Of a stretch of 64,000 nucleotides of DNA, positions 52,200 through 64,000 are shown one piece after another. Every line of letters begins with the position of its first letter. Position 1 is the first letter of the stretch. Under the pieces are notes generated by a model, which did no database searches, was not told the origin of the DNA, and saw nothing but the letters and a program-made list of their open reading frames with translations. Made by a program: the position numbers and the translations under genes. The DNA lies in NCBI GenBank assembly GCA_034226945.1, contig CP120464.1:372001-436000 (forward strand). Reading direction: 5' to 3'. Source of the DNA: Picochlorum sp. SENEW3. Its lineage: Eukaryota.

Positions 52200-52971
52200 T
52201 CTCCTGAATAATCAAAGCCATAATGAAATGATAGTGTAGTTGTAGCAGAGAGCTAGGTCCCTGTAGAAGGAGATCTCTCGTCTACAACATCTAGGGAGAT
52301 GAGATCCCTAGGAGAGATCTGGTGAATTTCATATACTGAGAATTCTCAACCTTCGAAGATGTATTCTCATGTAACAACTTCTAATTCAAACTATCTTGTG
52401 AAGGAAGAGAGAACCTTCTGTACATTGGTTGGTATTCTTCTCCATCCTCTTCTATCGAACCTCACTGCGTGTGAAGGTTGAACGCTCTGTGTTGGCAACG
52501 ACACCAGAGTGTCTTGGCAGTACGTCGTGTAATCTGCGAAGGAAATCCAGGCCACGACTGGCAATGTACGCTGCCACAATGGTTTTAGCTCTCTGATATA
52601 TCATTCGTGTTCTAAGGAGTACAAAGTATTTGTGCGCAGCCGATATTGAAAGACTTGGAGGTCGTTGTACAGTTGAGTGATATTCGAGGCGTCGCTGCGG
52701 AATTGCAGGGCGATCAGTATCGTTTCTCTTCATTCACAGGTAATTTGATTAGTTGTTCCAGAGGAATGTCGAGCCAAACTGGCAACGAGAACCATGATCA
52801 TGGCCCTCATGCATGAGGCCAATATATTGGCCTTATAATCATTATATATTGAATATAAGGAGAATTCCAACCAACAGCCAAGTCGAGAAAGCACAGGGTC
52901 ATCAGGAATAATAATGAATTCTAGGACTACTATTGATATGTCCATGAAGACACCCTACTGTCGTAATCAGA

Positions 52972-54363
52972 ATGCAGCGGTGGATTAGGTCGAGGATGTC
53001 CAAGGCAATTCTTCTTCTCTCAGAGAATGAGATATGGCCCATCTGTGCTGGCTATAGATGTGCAACTACTGTGGACATATGTGGTTCTATGGGGCAACGA
53101 GAGCGCGGTAGGCATGGGTTTGGTCAGTATCGGTGCTTTGGTCTTGTGTCGAAAGAGGAAGGGGTGCAAGAGCGACGCGATCATGCAGTCATCTCCCATT
53201 CTCGAATGGAGTCATGGAGGAATACATTACCGGATATGAAGGAAACGGCCGAGATACTGAAGCGCAATCCTTCTTCTTCTGACTGCACGTCCATGGATTG
53301 GAAAGCTCTGGTGAAAATAACTCGGGAGGCGTATGCAATGGAGAAGAGTACAGTATCGTTTCGAGACTATTTACTCGATACAAGTCTGGAAGATACACAT
53401 GGACGGAGGCATTCATATCTGAGGATATCATTGACAGAAAAGTGCAACTTGCGATGCCTCTATTGTATGCCAGAGGACGGCGTCGAGTTGACGCCGAAGG
53501 AACACGTCCTGACGGTTGATGAGATTACACGGTTGACGACATTATTTGCCCTCAGTGGCGTGACGAAAGTGCGATTGACAGGTGGGGAGCCCACCATTCG
53601 TAGAGATTTGACAGACATTGTTGAGAGAGTTTCTGGTATCCCAGGTATCAAGGACGTGGGTATCACATCAAACGGCATTACATTAGCAAAATCATTGGAA
53701 GAGTTGAAGAATGCAGGGCTATCATTGCTTAATCTCTCCTTGGATACTCTTCGGGCAGATAGATTTGAATACATGACCAGACGGAAAGGCCATGCACGGG
53801 TACTCAAAACAATAGATACCGCGCTGGATGTAGGGTATGACCCAGTCAAAGTGAATGTTGTGGTGATGAAAGGCGTCAATGATGATGAGATTAGTGACTT
53901 TGTGGAACTCACACGGAATAAAAACGTGAATGTGAGGTTCATAGAGTACATGCCATTTGATGGGAATGTGTGGTCAACAGACAAGCTCGTCTCCTACAAG
54001 GAGATGAAACAAGAGGTTGAGAAGAATCATACAACACTGGAGCGATGCACAGATGGATATGGAGAGGTGGCAAAGAATTACAGAATCCCTGGATACAAAG
54101 GAAGTGTGTCCTTTGTCACATCCATGACATCTGCATTCTGCAGTGATTGCACCAGAGTACGTCTGATGGCTGATGGAAACCTCAAAGTATGTCTGTTTGG
54201 GAATAATGAGGTCAGTCTGCGTGATGCTATGAGAGAAGGAGCTACAGATGATGATCTATTGGCAGTCATCTCGGCTGCTGTGAATAGAAAAAAGGCAGCC
54301 CACGCTGGCATGAATATTCTGTACCGGATGAAGAACAGACCCATGGTCAAGATTGGTGGGTAA
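52972..54363 (+). CDS. CNX2: GTP 3',8-cyclase (MoaA/CNX2), molybdenum cofactor synthesis
   Basis: Motifs YLRISLTEKCNLRCLYCMP, RLTGGEP, FCSDCTRVRL and C-terminal IGG. Confidence 0.96.
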   Translation: MQRWIRSRMSKAILLLSENEIWPICAGYRCATTVDICGSMGQRERGRHGFGQYRCFGLVSKEEGVQERRDHAVISHSRMESWRNTLPDMKETAEILKRNPSSSDCTSMDWKALVKITREAYAMEKSTVSFRDYLLDTSLEDTHGRRHSYLRISLTEKCNLRCLYCMPEDGVELTPKEHVLTVDEITRLTTLFALSGVTKVRLTGGEPTIRRDLTDIVERVSGIPGIKDVGITSNGITLAKSLEELKNAGLSLLNLSLDTLRADRFEYMTRRKGHARVLKTIDTALDVGYDPVKVNVVVMKGVNDDEISDFVELTRNKNVNVRFIEYMPFDGNVWSTDKLVSYKEMKQEVEKNHTTLERCTDGYGEVAKNYRIPGYKGSVSFVTSMTSAFCSDCTRVRLMADGNLKVCLFGNNEVSLRDAMREGATDDDLLAVISAAVNRKKAAHAGMNILYRMKNRPMVKIGG

Positions 54364-54608
54364 TAATAGTAGTACATGTCCGTTCCCCATGGAAGCATAC
54401 TTTATTCAAAATTAACAAGTAATACTCTTCTTCTGTAATAACAATAACAAATAGTAGTCTCTGTATCCAAGGAGGACTGGGGTTGTATGGCCATGCCTAC
54501 TATCTTGAATACTACGACGATGGGTCGATATTACCAATGACAGGGATTCAGAGACAGCAGAATCTTACATTTTGATATCATAAGACTATATAGATATTGG
54601 TTGGAAGA

Positions 54609-55405
54609 ATGAATAGACGGAAGGGGAGGAAATCTGTGAAAGACACGCTGTCTCACCACGACTCTGGGACACCTGGCAGAGGAGGGGTCTTGTCTTGGAA
54701 GGACAAGGTATGGCGCATCCTATAGATATACATACATATATGTACAGAACCTATTTTTGGTGAATTCACTCATGGTATCGGTGGTTCATTCTGATGATGA
54801 TGATGATGCAGCTTCGAGAGAGATGTAGAAAGCATGTGGAGAGCCAACGAGAGATGTTGTTGGAGAGAGCCAGAGCAGCGAGGCACGATGGGAACATGAT
54901 TCAGAATGATCTGATCGGAATCATTCAGTCGGAAGAAAAGGATATGAATGAAAAAGAACACATGACAAGACCTGATGGAAGGTTACAACATGATGAATAT
55001 GTGGATCTGATGCACTCTTTAGAGCAGGAGTTGTACCAGGAACAGCAGGCTGATGAACTGGAGTATTTGGATTCTTTGGAAAAGAAAGAGGTGCATGAGA
55101 TGGCGGAAGCGCACATGGTGACCTCTCCGTGCCTACAAGGCACCCTGTGTCCAGTGTGTGGTAACAACTGGTTGTCAGAGTGGCATGGACGGATTGTGTG
55201 CCCCTCTGGTGATTTAAGCCTGGATACCTCGTTTGAAGGAATGGGATTGGAAGCATTACGGCAGAGACTTCTTTCAGTGTGTTCTTCCCATGCGTCTCAT
55301 TGCACTGGAGCCTTGTCGTTTCATCAACGGCAATCAAGTTCTGACCAGGGTGCCTGTCTGGTGGCAGAATGTGCTGATTGCCATGGCTTGGAAGTGGTTC
55401 TCTGA
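54609..55405 (+). CDS. RPA-interacting protein (RPAIN/RIP)-like
   Basis: SWKDK|LRERCRKHVESQREMLL N-domain, acidic middle and a C-terminal zinc finger (CPVC...C...H...C...CADC); one intron. Confidence 0.8.
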
Positions 55406-55409
55406 CATT

Positions 55410-55429
55410 AATAATAATAATAATAATAA
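55410..55429. repeat. (AAT)n microsatellite
   Basis: Run aataataataataataataa between RPAIN and the LpxC-like gene. Confidence 0.8.
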
Positions 55430-55453
55430 CATTTATTGATTGATTCTTTTGTA

Positions 55454-56991
55454 ATGCATGGTATTGGGATGCTGTGTGCCAATCGCGTGGCGCCATGCGT
55501 TGCATGGAGTCACCCACCTCTGCTTGGGGTGCGACCGCGGTATCAATCTACTGTGACACAGAGATATAACATAAATAGTAGAAGAGTTATAGCGAATGCA
55601 TCGACTCAAAAGAGGCGTTCAAGCTCGAAGAATCGACCAAAGACTCCTGACATGCCAACAGTGCGTGGTTTTGTTTGTTTGCATTTTCATCCGTCTGGAT
55701 ATGCTGATGTGTATCTGATATGCCTGTAGCCAAAGGAATATCAGCAGACGTTGCAAAAGTCCTTCACGATTGGTGGGATTGGGTTTCATACTGGTGACTA
55801 TGCTTTTGTCAAGGTCAAGCCAGCGTTTGCGGGGGACGGGCGGTATTTTGTGCGGGTGCCAAAGGGAACGAATGCGAATGATTACAGTCCAGAGAAGCCC
55901 GAGTTTGTGACGAGAGAACAGTTGGATGTGAGACGGGGTGCGGATGATGGTCTTCAGCCAGAGGAGCGTGCTCAATATTTCCTTAAATTTTTGGAAAAGC
56001 AGGATGAGGAAGGGTATGAGGGGGATTTTGGAGGTACGGTGATGTGTATAGGATAATTATAATATACAGCATTATTATTCATGATGGGTGGTTGTGTGCA
56101 GAGTATTTGATAGAGGAGATTGATGACAGTCTTGTGGTGGAGTCTGCGAATGATGCAACCATTGAGGAGCCAACGCCACGAAAGGATGGAGAAGAGTGGG
56201 TTCCAGCGACAATTAATGCCGCAGAGATATATGGTGGTGTGGCGTCCATGCTGAAGAATGGAAATTTTTATGTCATGTCTCCAGAAACGATTCTCTCAGC
56301 GCTGGAAGCGTGTGGGGTTGATAATGCTCGCATTGAAATTGAAGGGGGATCGGAGATTCCGGTGGCGGACGGATCTGCATTGACATGGGCTTTGGAGATT
56401 CAAAAAGCAGGTATTCGTGAGGCACCAGTGGCTCCTGGGTCTTCCATTTCCACAGATAGAAGGGCACCAGCTCCACAGGAAATCATCTCCGTCATGGGGG
56501 ATGATGGGGCATTCATCTCATTTTACCCAGGGGATGATTCGACAGTATCCGCTGCTGTCGATTTTTCAGAAGCCGTTGTAGGAAGGCAGTGGGTGACGTG
56601 GAAGACATCCGATTCATCCCCAGATGATGACTATTATAATCATTATAGGTGGAAGATTGCACCAGCGAGGCCAGTGTTTCACTCCTTTGCTGCTGTGGAG
56701 GAAATGTTTATGGACGGGCTTGTGCAGGCTGGACCTGATGGGTGTTGTCTGATAGCAGAAGGGGATTCTTGGTATGATCCCACGATTGTGCGTTTCGCAA
56801 ATGATGAAGCTGCACGGCACACTGCCCAGACCCTCATGGGGATCATGTCCTTGTGTGCGTCTCCTGGTGGACGTGGTCTCCCAGTGGGGCACATTGTCGC
56901 TTTCAATCCAACCCCAGAACTTCAGCTCGAGTTTGCCAAGGAATTTGCATTGCAAAGTAAAGATTATCCGACTACAATTGTCCATGTGTAA
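55454..56991 (+). CDS. LpxC-fold protein (UDP-acyl-GlcNAc deacetylase-like), active site degenerate
   Basis: Motifs QQTL...GIGFHTG, LSALEACGVDNARIEI..EIPVADGSA and IAPAR; organellar-type N-extension; two introns. Confidence 0.85.
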
Positions 56992-57173
56992 AACAGATGT
57001 TTGGAAGTGGTTTAGAATCTATTGATCCCATCAAAGGTATCCTTAGATGGGAGAAGAAGTATCGTCATGACAAATGGAAGGGTCAATCGTCTTCTTCCCC
57101 TTGGATCGTCATGTACCATGGCTATTGATCATCCATAGCGTATATTAGAATCAAATACATTCGTATTGGTGCA

Positions 57174-57834
57174 ATGGAGAAAGATCCTTGGTATAAGAAC
57201 GTGGAAGGGCCCTTCCTTCAGTGGAAAGGACCAATCGGTGTCAAAGAAGATGGAGGTGGTTGCACACGTGCACAGGGGCGTGTAGGCAACATGGTCATCC
57301 ACAGAGCCGCTTTTAATAAAAATAAGCAAGGTATGTGTCTGTATGGCGTGAATATGGGGTTTCTGTATTTCCGAGTCATGTTTGGTCAACGCCATTGGTT
57401 TCGATGATTTCTGACCTCGCATCCTTGATGTAGCGATTGAAAAAGCTGTGGAAGCTGGAGAGGATGTGAATGAGGTGGAGGGTGCTGGGAATACGCCTCT
57501 CCACTGTGCAGCGTATGCTGGATGGGAGGAAGGTTGTGAGTTGTTGTTGAGCCTGGGAGCAAAGGTGAACGCGAGCAACAACGCCGGTGATAGGCCATGG
57601 CACTGGGCAGAGAATATGGGGCATAAGGGAGTGATGAGTTTGTTAGAGAAGGCTGGTGCGGACCGTGAGCATGGGCTGGTGCTTGTGCAGGACCATGTGC
57701 CAAAGGTCAGGGACTTTTTCCAGAAGGAATGCTGGGCCCATCATCCTAAACCTCACGCGGATTATATCGAGTGGAAGTTGAAGCAGGATAAGATTCAGGA
57801 GGCTGAGAGGAACAAGTTGATTCCAGGAATGTAA
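57174..57834 (+). CDS. Ankyrin-repeat protein
   Basis: GNTPLHCAAYAG...LLLSLGAKVN..NNAGDRPWHWA; one intron. Confidence 0.85.
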
Positions 57835-57933
57835 CTGTGTTGTACCAACCTTTGCATCATGTCGAGACCAAATATGTAAGACTTGGCATTACAACTACAA
57901 ACCACACACAATCAAATAAATCTACCTATATAT

Positions 57934-59069
57934 CTAAGAATTGAGAGATGCTTCCAAAGCACCTCGTGGTGGGGTTGCAGGACGTTGACCCATGCTGAAT
58001 GCAAACCGAGCCTTTCTTTCTGCTGGTTTCAGAATTTGGAACGAACACATTAAGGTTTCATCTACGCTCATCATTGCACCAGCATTATCAAACTCTCCAC
58101 AGTAATTTGGTGCTGAAAATATGGTGACCAGTTGCCTGCGAGCAAAGAATTCATATCCATCCTCGACAACTTGATGAGCTCTACAAACAAGATCCAAATC
58201 GTGTCTTTGCAGAAATTCTGTGACAGAATCCGAGCCAAATGTGTATGAAACACCCCTATCGTTGTCACCCCACCCTGTGGTTCCACCATCAGGGTCAGAC
58301 CAGAGCAAATCGCAGAGCAATCCCTGGTCAGGGACATCACACGGACGGGGAATTCTCTTGATCTGGTCCAAATTCTTCAGTTCTGGCGACAAACCCCCAT
58401 GCATACAAAGGATCTTCTCGTCGATTAACGCGCTAACAGGTAGACAATTGAAGCAGTCTGTGAATGTCTTCCATAGACGAACATTGTATCGACGCTTGCA
58501 TTCATCATAAAATCCATAAATACGGTTGATTGAAGCACACTCGTGATTTCCTCTCAGCAAAAAGAAATTTTCAGGATATTTGATTTTATATGCCAGCAGG
58601 AGACAGATTGTTTCAAGACTCTGCTTCCCTCTATCTACATAATCTCCCAAGAAGAGATAGTTTGCTTCTGGTGGGAATCCTCCATACTCAAATAACCGCA
58701 GTAGGTCAGAGTACTGCCCATGTATATCACCACAAATTTTTATCGGTGCTTCTAACTCTAATAAATTGGGCTGGCTCATGAAAATCTCCTTTGCTGTCAA
58801 ACAGAGTTGACGAATCTCTGCCTCGGTCAGGGGGACTAGTTTCCCCGGCCTTCCGCCCTTTACATCCAAAAGCCTCTCGATAATTCCGTCCAGAATAGAA
58901 TCCTCCTGCATGCAATATCAGACACATCAGATATGACGGACAATAAGGCTCTGTACAGTGCTACCCCAAACACAACGATTGCCCTCCCATCGATCAAACC
59001 ATTCAACCGAGCATTATACTCGTTCTCATTTTAACGCTGCAGCAACCTCACCCGACACACACGCACCAT
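57934..59069 (-). CDS. PP1: Protein phosphatase 1 catalytic subunit
   Basis: Motifs GDIHGQ, GDYVDRG, RGNHE and [11 protein letters not shown]. The first exon is the ATG alone (59067-59069), followed by a GTGCGT..TGCAG intron. Confidence 0.96.
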
Positions 59070-59669
59070 TTTATTGATATCCTCTTCCCAGGAACCCCAG
59101 AAAAACTTCCCTAGAGTGGATTCAAAACAATGTTACGATCTGTCCCTCTTCTCAGCAGTTTGTGTTACCTCGCCGGAGTCTCGCAGCCTCCACAATTGTA
59201 TTCTCCACTCGCTCTTCCCAAGTGACCCCTTCTTCCGAATACAACCAATCAAATACTCGACACTACTAGGCGGCCAACAAAAATGTCCGTATCTCGCTCC
59301 GTGCGTCGGTCGACACTGAAAATCGAAAAAAGCACGAAATCTACCAGAATCCCTCCGTCGAATGGACACCGTTTACGAAGCGTTCCTTCAAATATTTTTT
59401 ATATCTGAAAAGTCAGCACCTCGTTGTGTCGCAATATGGATTTGATGGACGTATTGAAACCCTCGACTGAACGCCAATCACAGACGGAAAGAACAGAGCC
59501 GCTGTACTAGTACGGTATTGCGGCGCACTACACCTGATTGAAAAATTTCAATTTTTAAATTGAAATATGGGCATGGCGGGGCTGTGACTGGAGTCTTGAA
59601 ATGGATGTATGCATGCATGCTCCTCGTTTCATGATGCCAAGGGATGGGACGTCGTTACACAGGTTCATC

Positions 59670-62600
59670 CTAGGCTTTTGGGGTGGATGATTTGGACATG
59701 TCCCATGTGGACAGTAAGCTAATGTTGTTCTGAAGGCATTCTCGGATCAAGGCTGATTCTATTGTTCGTGCAGCACTGGATCCTTGATAACCAGGGGGGA
59801 CCATCATGTACAAAAATTCTGCCTGCGGGTCATGTACTTGGGAACTTACTGCACCCGAGCTAGATGCTTTTTTCCGATGTGTGAGTATGCGTTCTCGAAT
59901 TTGGTCTGAGGATCCTGCAGTATCATTCGTTGACGAGATAAAGGAGAGAAAAGCAAAACAATGTAGGATTGTGTGTGATCTGTATACCTACCTATGTAAT
60001 ATCTGTTATCACTGGGACGGTGTGCAACGTACACACATGATCTACCGATTGTTTGAGTTCCTGGAAGAGATCCTGCTGGCACATATTTGATCGACACGTC
60101 CTGGGTGCCCTTGTCAATGCCTAGGCGTTCCAGAATGTGTTGGCTGATTGACTGGAAGATGGATGCAATGGGTCTCAGCGGCTCTGAGGCTATGTTGGGG
60201 TGTATTTCATCCCGAAGTGTTTGTACGGAATGAATCTCAGGCTGTGGAGCCTTGGAGTCTGGCATTGAATGGTATAATTCTTGTGCACGAGCCACAGTTT
60301 CTTCTGGCAATCTGCACTGTCGAGCCACATCGAGAGCAAGGCTTTCTGTGGAACTTCCTGGTACTATTCTCCACGTCGGTCTTCTTGTTTCTACAAGAGT
60401 TTTGGGGTCTGTGCGGGTTTCAATCTCCATTTTCATCAGAGAGGAGTTTCCTGAAAGCCTCAGATCCATTGTGAGAAGATCATGCAAATGAGTAGCAAAG
60501 GCTCCAATGCAGCCAGCCTTGTCGAGTGCTTCCAGCATGGCACCGGCTAATGCTGCACCTGCTCTTGATTCAGTACCTTTTCCCAGCTCATCTACGAGGA
60601 CAAGGCTCCTGCACGTGACATCTTGGAGCACATACTTCATCTCAGTCATCTCAACTGCAAAACTCGATCTACCCTCTAATGGCGAGTCAGATGAAAAGTT
60701 TCGAAGCATAAATGCATCAATGTATGGAATTGTTGTCATTGATGATGCTGGGACAGCCAGCCCACATGCCCCAAGGAGAGCCACGGCACAAGTGCTGCGC
60801 AGGATGGTTGACTTTCCAGCCATATTTGGTCCTGTCACAAGGAGCATGCCATTCATGTTGAATGAATTCCTCACGACAGAAGCATCATTTCCACCTGATC
60901 CTCCCAGCCAATATGGCCAGCATGATTGAATGTCTAAAGTGCCTCGATCTGACCTGGCAGATGTGTCAAACTTCTCCAGGGAAGGCATGGACCAATCTCT
61001 CCTCTTGGATTCTCGTACGTGTGCTTCGATGACACATGCAATCAGAGACAAGGTAGAAGCTCCAACAAGCTGCGGAATATATGGGGATAAGGCTGATGCG
61101 AGTTCACGAAGCTCCTCTCTGACAGCATCATGAGCAGCAACACACGACCTTCTGTATTCATCCTGAGCAGCCTCAAGGGCACTCGTGGAGTACACGCTGG
61201 ATTCTACTCGACCATTTCTATCTCTCGGATGTTCAAGGCCGAGAGTTGCTGCTTTAGCTGACGAAATCTTCCTTCCTCGAGGAATCTTGAGCCAGGCAGC
61301 ATTGTTATTCACATCATACGCCAAATATGGCTCTGAAACCTTTCTTGTCACATTCTCTACCGGTTCAACAGCCTGTTTACCTAAATCTAGACATGCTTTC
61401 GCCTCAATTTTAAACCTGTTCCAAGAGTCCTCCACCTGAGAAATGACGTCAGGGATAATCTCAGGTCTGATCTTTCCAGTGAAATCCTCGTTGATCTCCC
61501 TCATTTTAAACAAAGGTTCCAGTGTGGCCTCTCTTTCGGTATCATCACGAATCGGGTGTCGAGTAGAAATATCAAGCACAACTTTCTGTATAGCATCTGC
61601 AACGGTGGTAACAGCTGCTTCCAACTCCTGGCGACTGGTTGACACACCTGTGTCTGAAGCTACAGCAACCAGAAGACTGTCAGCCATCTTTTCTAGGGAA
61701 GGCTCTGAGCACGTGAGGCGAACGACATGGCACAATTCCTTCAGCTCATGAAAGAATGCATCATTTCCTTCCCCTGTCCTTAATTTAAGCACCACATTTG
61801 CTGGAGACATGGCTACAAAGTTTGGCAACGCATCATGATCTTTCCACAGCTCCTTGCATGCAGAATGAATTGCAAGAGCTACACTTGGAGGAGGGGGCAT
61901 CAATAGCCACGATCGTAGCCATCGCCGTACTGCGAGTGGAGCTCCAGAAGGCAATGCATAATCTAATAAACTTGGAACACCCCTTGTTTTGTGCAATCCC
62001 AAGTTTGATGCTGTTGAAAAATACAGTGGTCTGGGCCGAGTATTTGGAGTAGAACTCGGCAAATGCCTGAATTCTGCATCAGCAGGGAGGCCCAAATGCT
62101 TTTTTACTCTATCCAACATCCCTAACACTGCATCAGGCTCTGAAAATTTCACGACAGAGGTACCTTGGGTTCTGAAAATAGTCCCCATCCTTTGCCTCCA
62201 CTCTACTTCTGGTAGAGAATCTCTCAATCTCGTATCTGCATCCGCAAGTGCGGGTGGAGAATGGAGATACAAAGGAGGAACAAGTCCACCTTCATGCAGT
62301 CTTGAATAGACAGCGTCTTCAGTCAGTCCCTCTGTCACTCGCACTGTCATCAGCTCAGCATCAACCTCAATCACTGAATACCCACCCACAGTTGGAGATA
62401 TCCCCAGCAATGGTGGCGTCTTCTCGACAGGGATATTTATCTCTTCATCAATCATCCCATGAAGAAAATGCGGGGCCGCTGGAGTCACGATAGCAGCAAT
62501 ATACCGCTGCTTTGGATTCCTCCTCATAGTCCCGTAATTGTATGGCTCTGGTGCCTCTTCACAGACAACCACAGAAAGCCCTCCACCCTCCACCATATCC

Positions 62601-63240
62601 GACACTGTCCGCCGTAAATTTGCCCTGGGACACCCTGCACATGTACACACAGGCACATCAATTCACCACGCATCAATCCGTGTCTCACCCACACAACCAT
62701 ACCTGCTCGTGGAGGATTCCCATCCTTACCCATCGGATTCAAACCAGCATGCTGTACCAATAATATTGCATCAATACCAATCGTCTCATAAAACTCCCCA
62801 ACCCTCACTAAAACGACCTTGTCTGGATGCTGCACTTTGACATCATAGAAAAATGAAAAGGCTGGTGGCCTTGCTCCCTTTGACTTGCTGGAATCAAACA
62901 AATGCGGAAGCCCCAACGGCGCCGATGTATCCACATACTCCAACAACTTTCTCGCAGATGGCTTATCAACACTCTCTAAAACAGTATCCCAATACGCCTG
63001 GATCTCTGGATCAACCGTTTCAACCTTGCTCTTCCTCCCAGCAGTCACAGTAGTAAGGCTCCTCTTGAATCCAACAACTACAGGCGATTGCTGATTCCCT
63101 CCAAAAGAGTGTGAAAATCTAGGACACACCACGCGCATCCCCATGCCAATATGGCGACCCTTCGAAGGACTTTCAAAACACACTGGCGTTTCTACAGACA
63201 ACCCCGGAACACGGCGAATCGCAGATCGAAGGCCACGCAT
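59670..63240 (-). CDS. MSH1: Organellar MutS homologue MSH1 with C-terminal GIY-YIG domain
   Basis: RVGEFYE..GIDA.LLVQHAGLNPMG, TGPNMAGKST, SSFAVEM and DELGKGTE. The spliced C-terminus is CVYV..YYIG|SSDQIRERI..H...ARTIESALI. Confidence 0.93.
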
Positions 63241-63427
63241 ATCATTCGCATTGTAAACAATACGTTATTAAATAATCTTACATGATCGCGAGCATGTGAG
63301 AGAAGACCAATCCATTTCTTTTTTAAAAAGCGCTTTAATAAAGCATTTAAAACACGTGTCCAAGTCAGAAGGCATACGCACTCTGGGACCCTCACTGTTA
63401 TAATTATTATCACTGCGTTACATAAAT

Positions 63428-64000
63428 ATGAATAATAGTGTACCAGGAACCTCATTGGAGGTGGATTCCTCCGGTGTTGGGGTTATTACACTTCGGAATC
63501 CGCCAGTGAATGCATTGCATCCGAAAGGTAGGTTGAATATCCCTTATGGATTCTTAAAATGATATAAATCGGCTAAAATGATTGGGTTTGAGACGTCTCT
63601 GGCTGTTTCGTCGGTTTAATCCCATCTAAATGTTCTGGCCGCGTCTCGGTGTTCAAGACTTTTCACCGCATTCTCGCATTTGTTGCAGTGTTGCAAAGTC
63701 TTTTTGAAAACTTGATGAAATGCCATGCAAGGGATGATGTGAAAGCCATTGTTGTGACTGGAGATCAGGGTATGTGTATGCTGACGACAGGTGTCTTTGG
63801 AGTTTCGGAGCATCACCGTGTCAATGTGTGCAGGGAAGTTTTGTGCTGGATTTGATATCAATCAGTTTGTTGAAGGAGGGGAGGGTGGTGGTATTGATGG
63901 AAGGATTAACGATGCATTTGTGAATCTGCTTGAGAATGGTGCCAAGCCTTCTGTGGCTGCTATACAGGGGTTGGCGTTGGGTGGTGGGTGTGAAGTGGCA
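63428..64000 (+). CDS. Enoyl-CoA hydratase-domain protein, probably peroxisomal multifunctional protein MFP/AIM1 (5' part)
   Basis: GVITLRNPPVNALHPK|VL...AIVVTG..|KFCAGFDINQF...KPSVAAIQGLALGGGCEVA; runs off the window end. Confidence 0.85.

Noticed and set aside
52391..52945. Short minus-strand ORFs (62-93 aa) in the island
   Set aside because: No recognisable motif or consistent splice model; they may be debris but cannot be supported.
59670..60060. GIY-YIG motif read as a homing endonuclease or mobile element
   Set aside because: It is the normal spliced C-terminal domain of plant/algal MSH1.

Overview
Eukaryotic nuclear DNA from a very compact green-algal (chlorophyte) genome. It most resembles a trebouxiophyte such as Picochlorum, which is an inference from style only. 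About 31 protein-coding genes fill the 64 kb, with short GT-AG introns, TGTAA polyadenylation signals and tiny intergenic gaps. Most are housekeeping genes: RRP4, ALG3, MTR4/HEN2, FtsZ2, MRPL12, haspin, RPL30, RPS25, SPF30, U1A/U2B'', RPS3, mitoferrin, WBP11, ABCB, an RKD-type RWP-RK factor, DXS, UTP15, FAD6, an S1 protein, CUL4, PP6, PIG-C, MSH2, CNX2, RPAIN, LpxC-like, PP1, MSH1 and MFP. Four things stand out. (i) A ~3 kb island between MSH2 and CNX2 holds an intact membrane-anchored methyltransferase, a stop-riddled fucosyltransferase-like fragment joined to a frameshifted PIF1/Helitron-type helicase remnant, and dense palindrome clusters. (ii) An intact LpxC-fold gene has lost most zinc-ligand and catalytic residues, so it is probably a pseudoenzyme. 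(iii) A Kir channel carries a duplicated cytoplasmic domain. (iv) A bacterial-type FAD monooxygenase has introns. Exon boundaries were read by eye and family calls come from remembered motifs; no searches were run.
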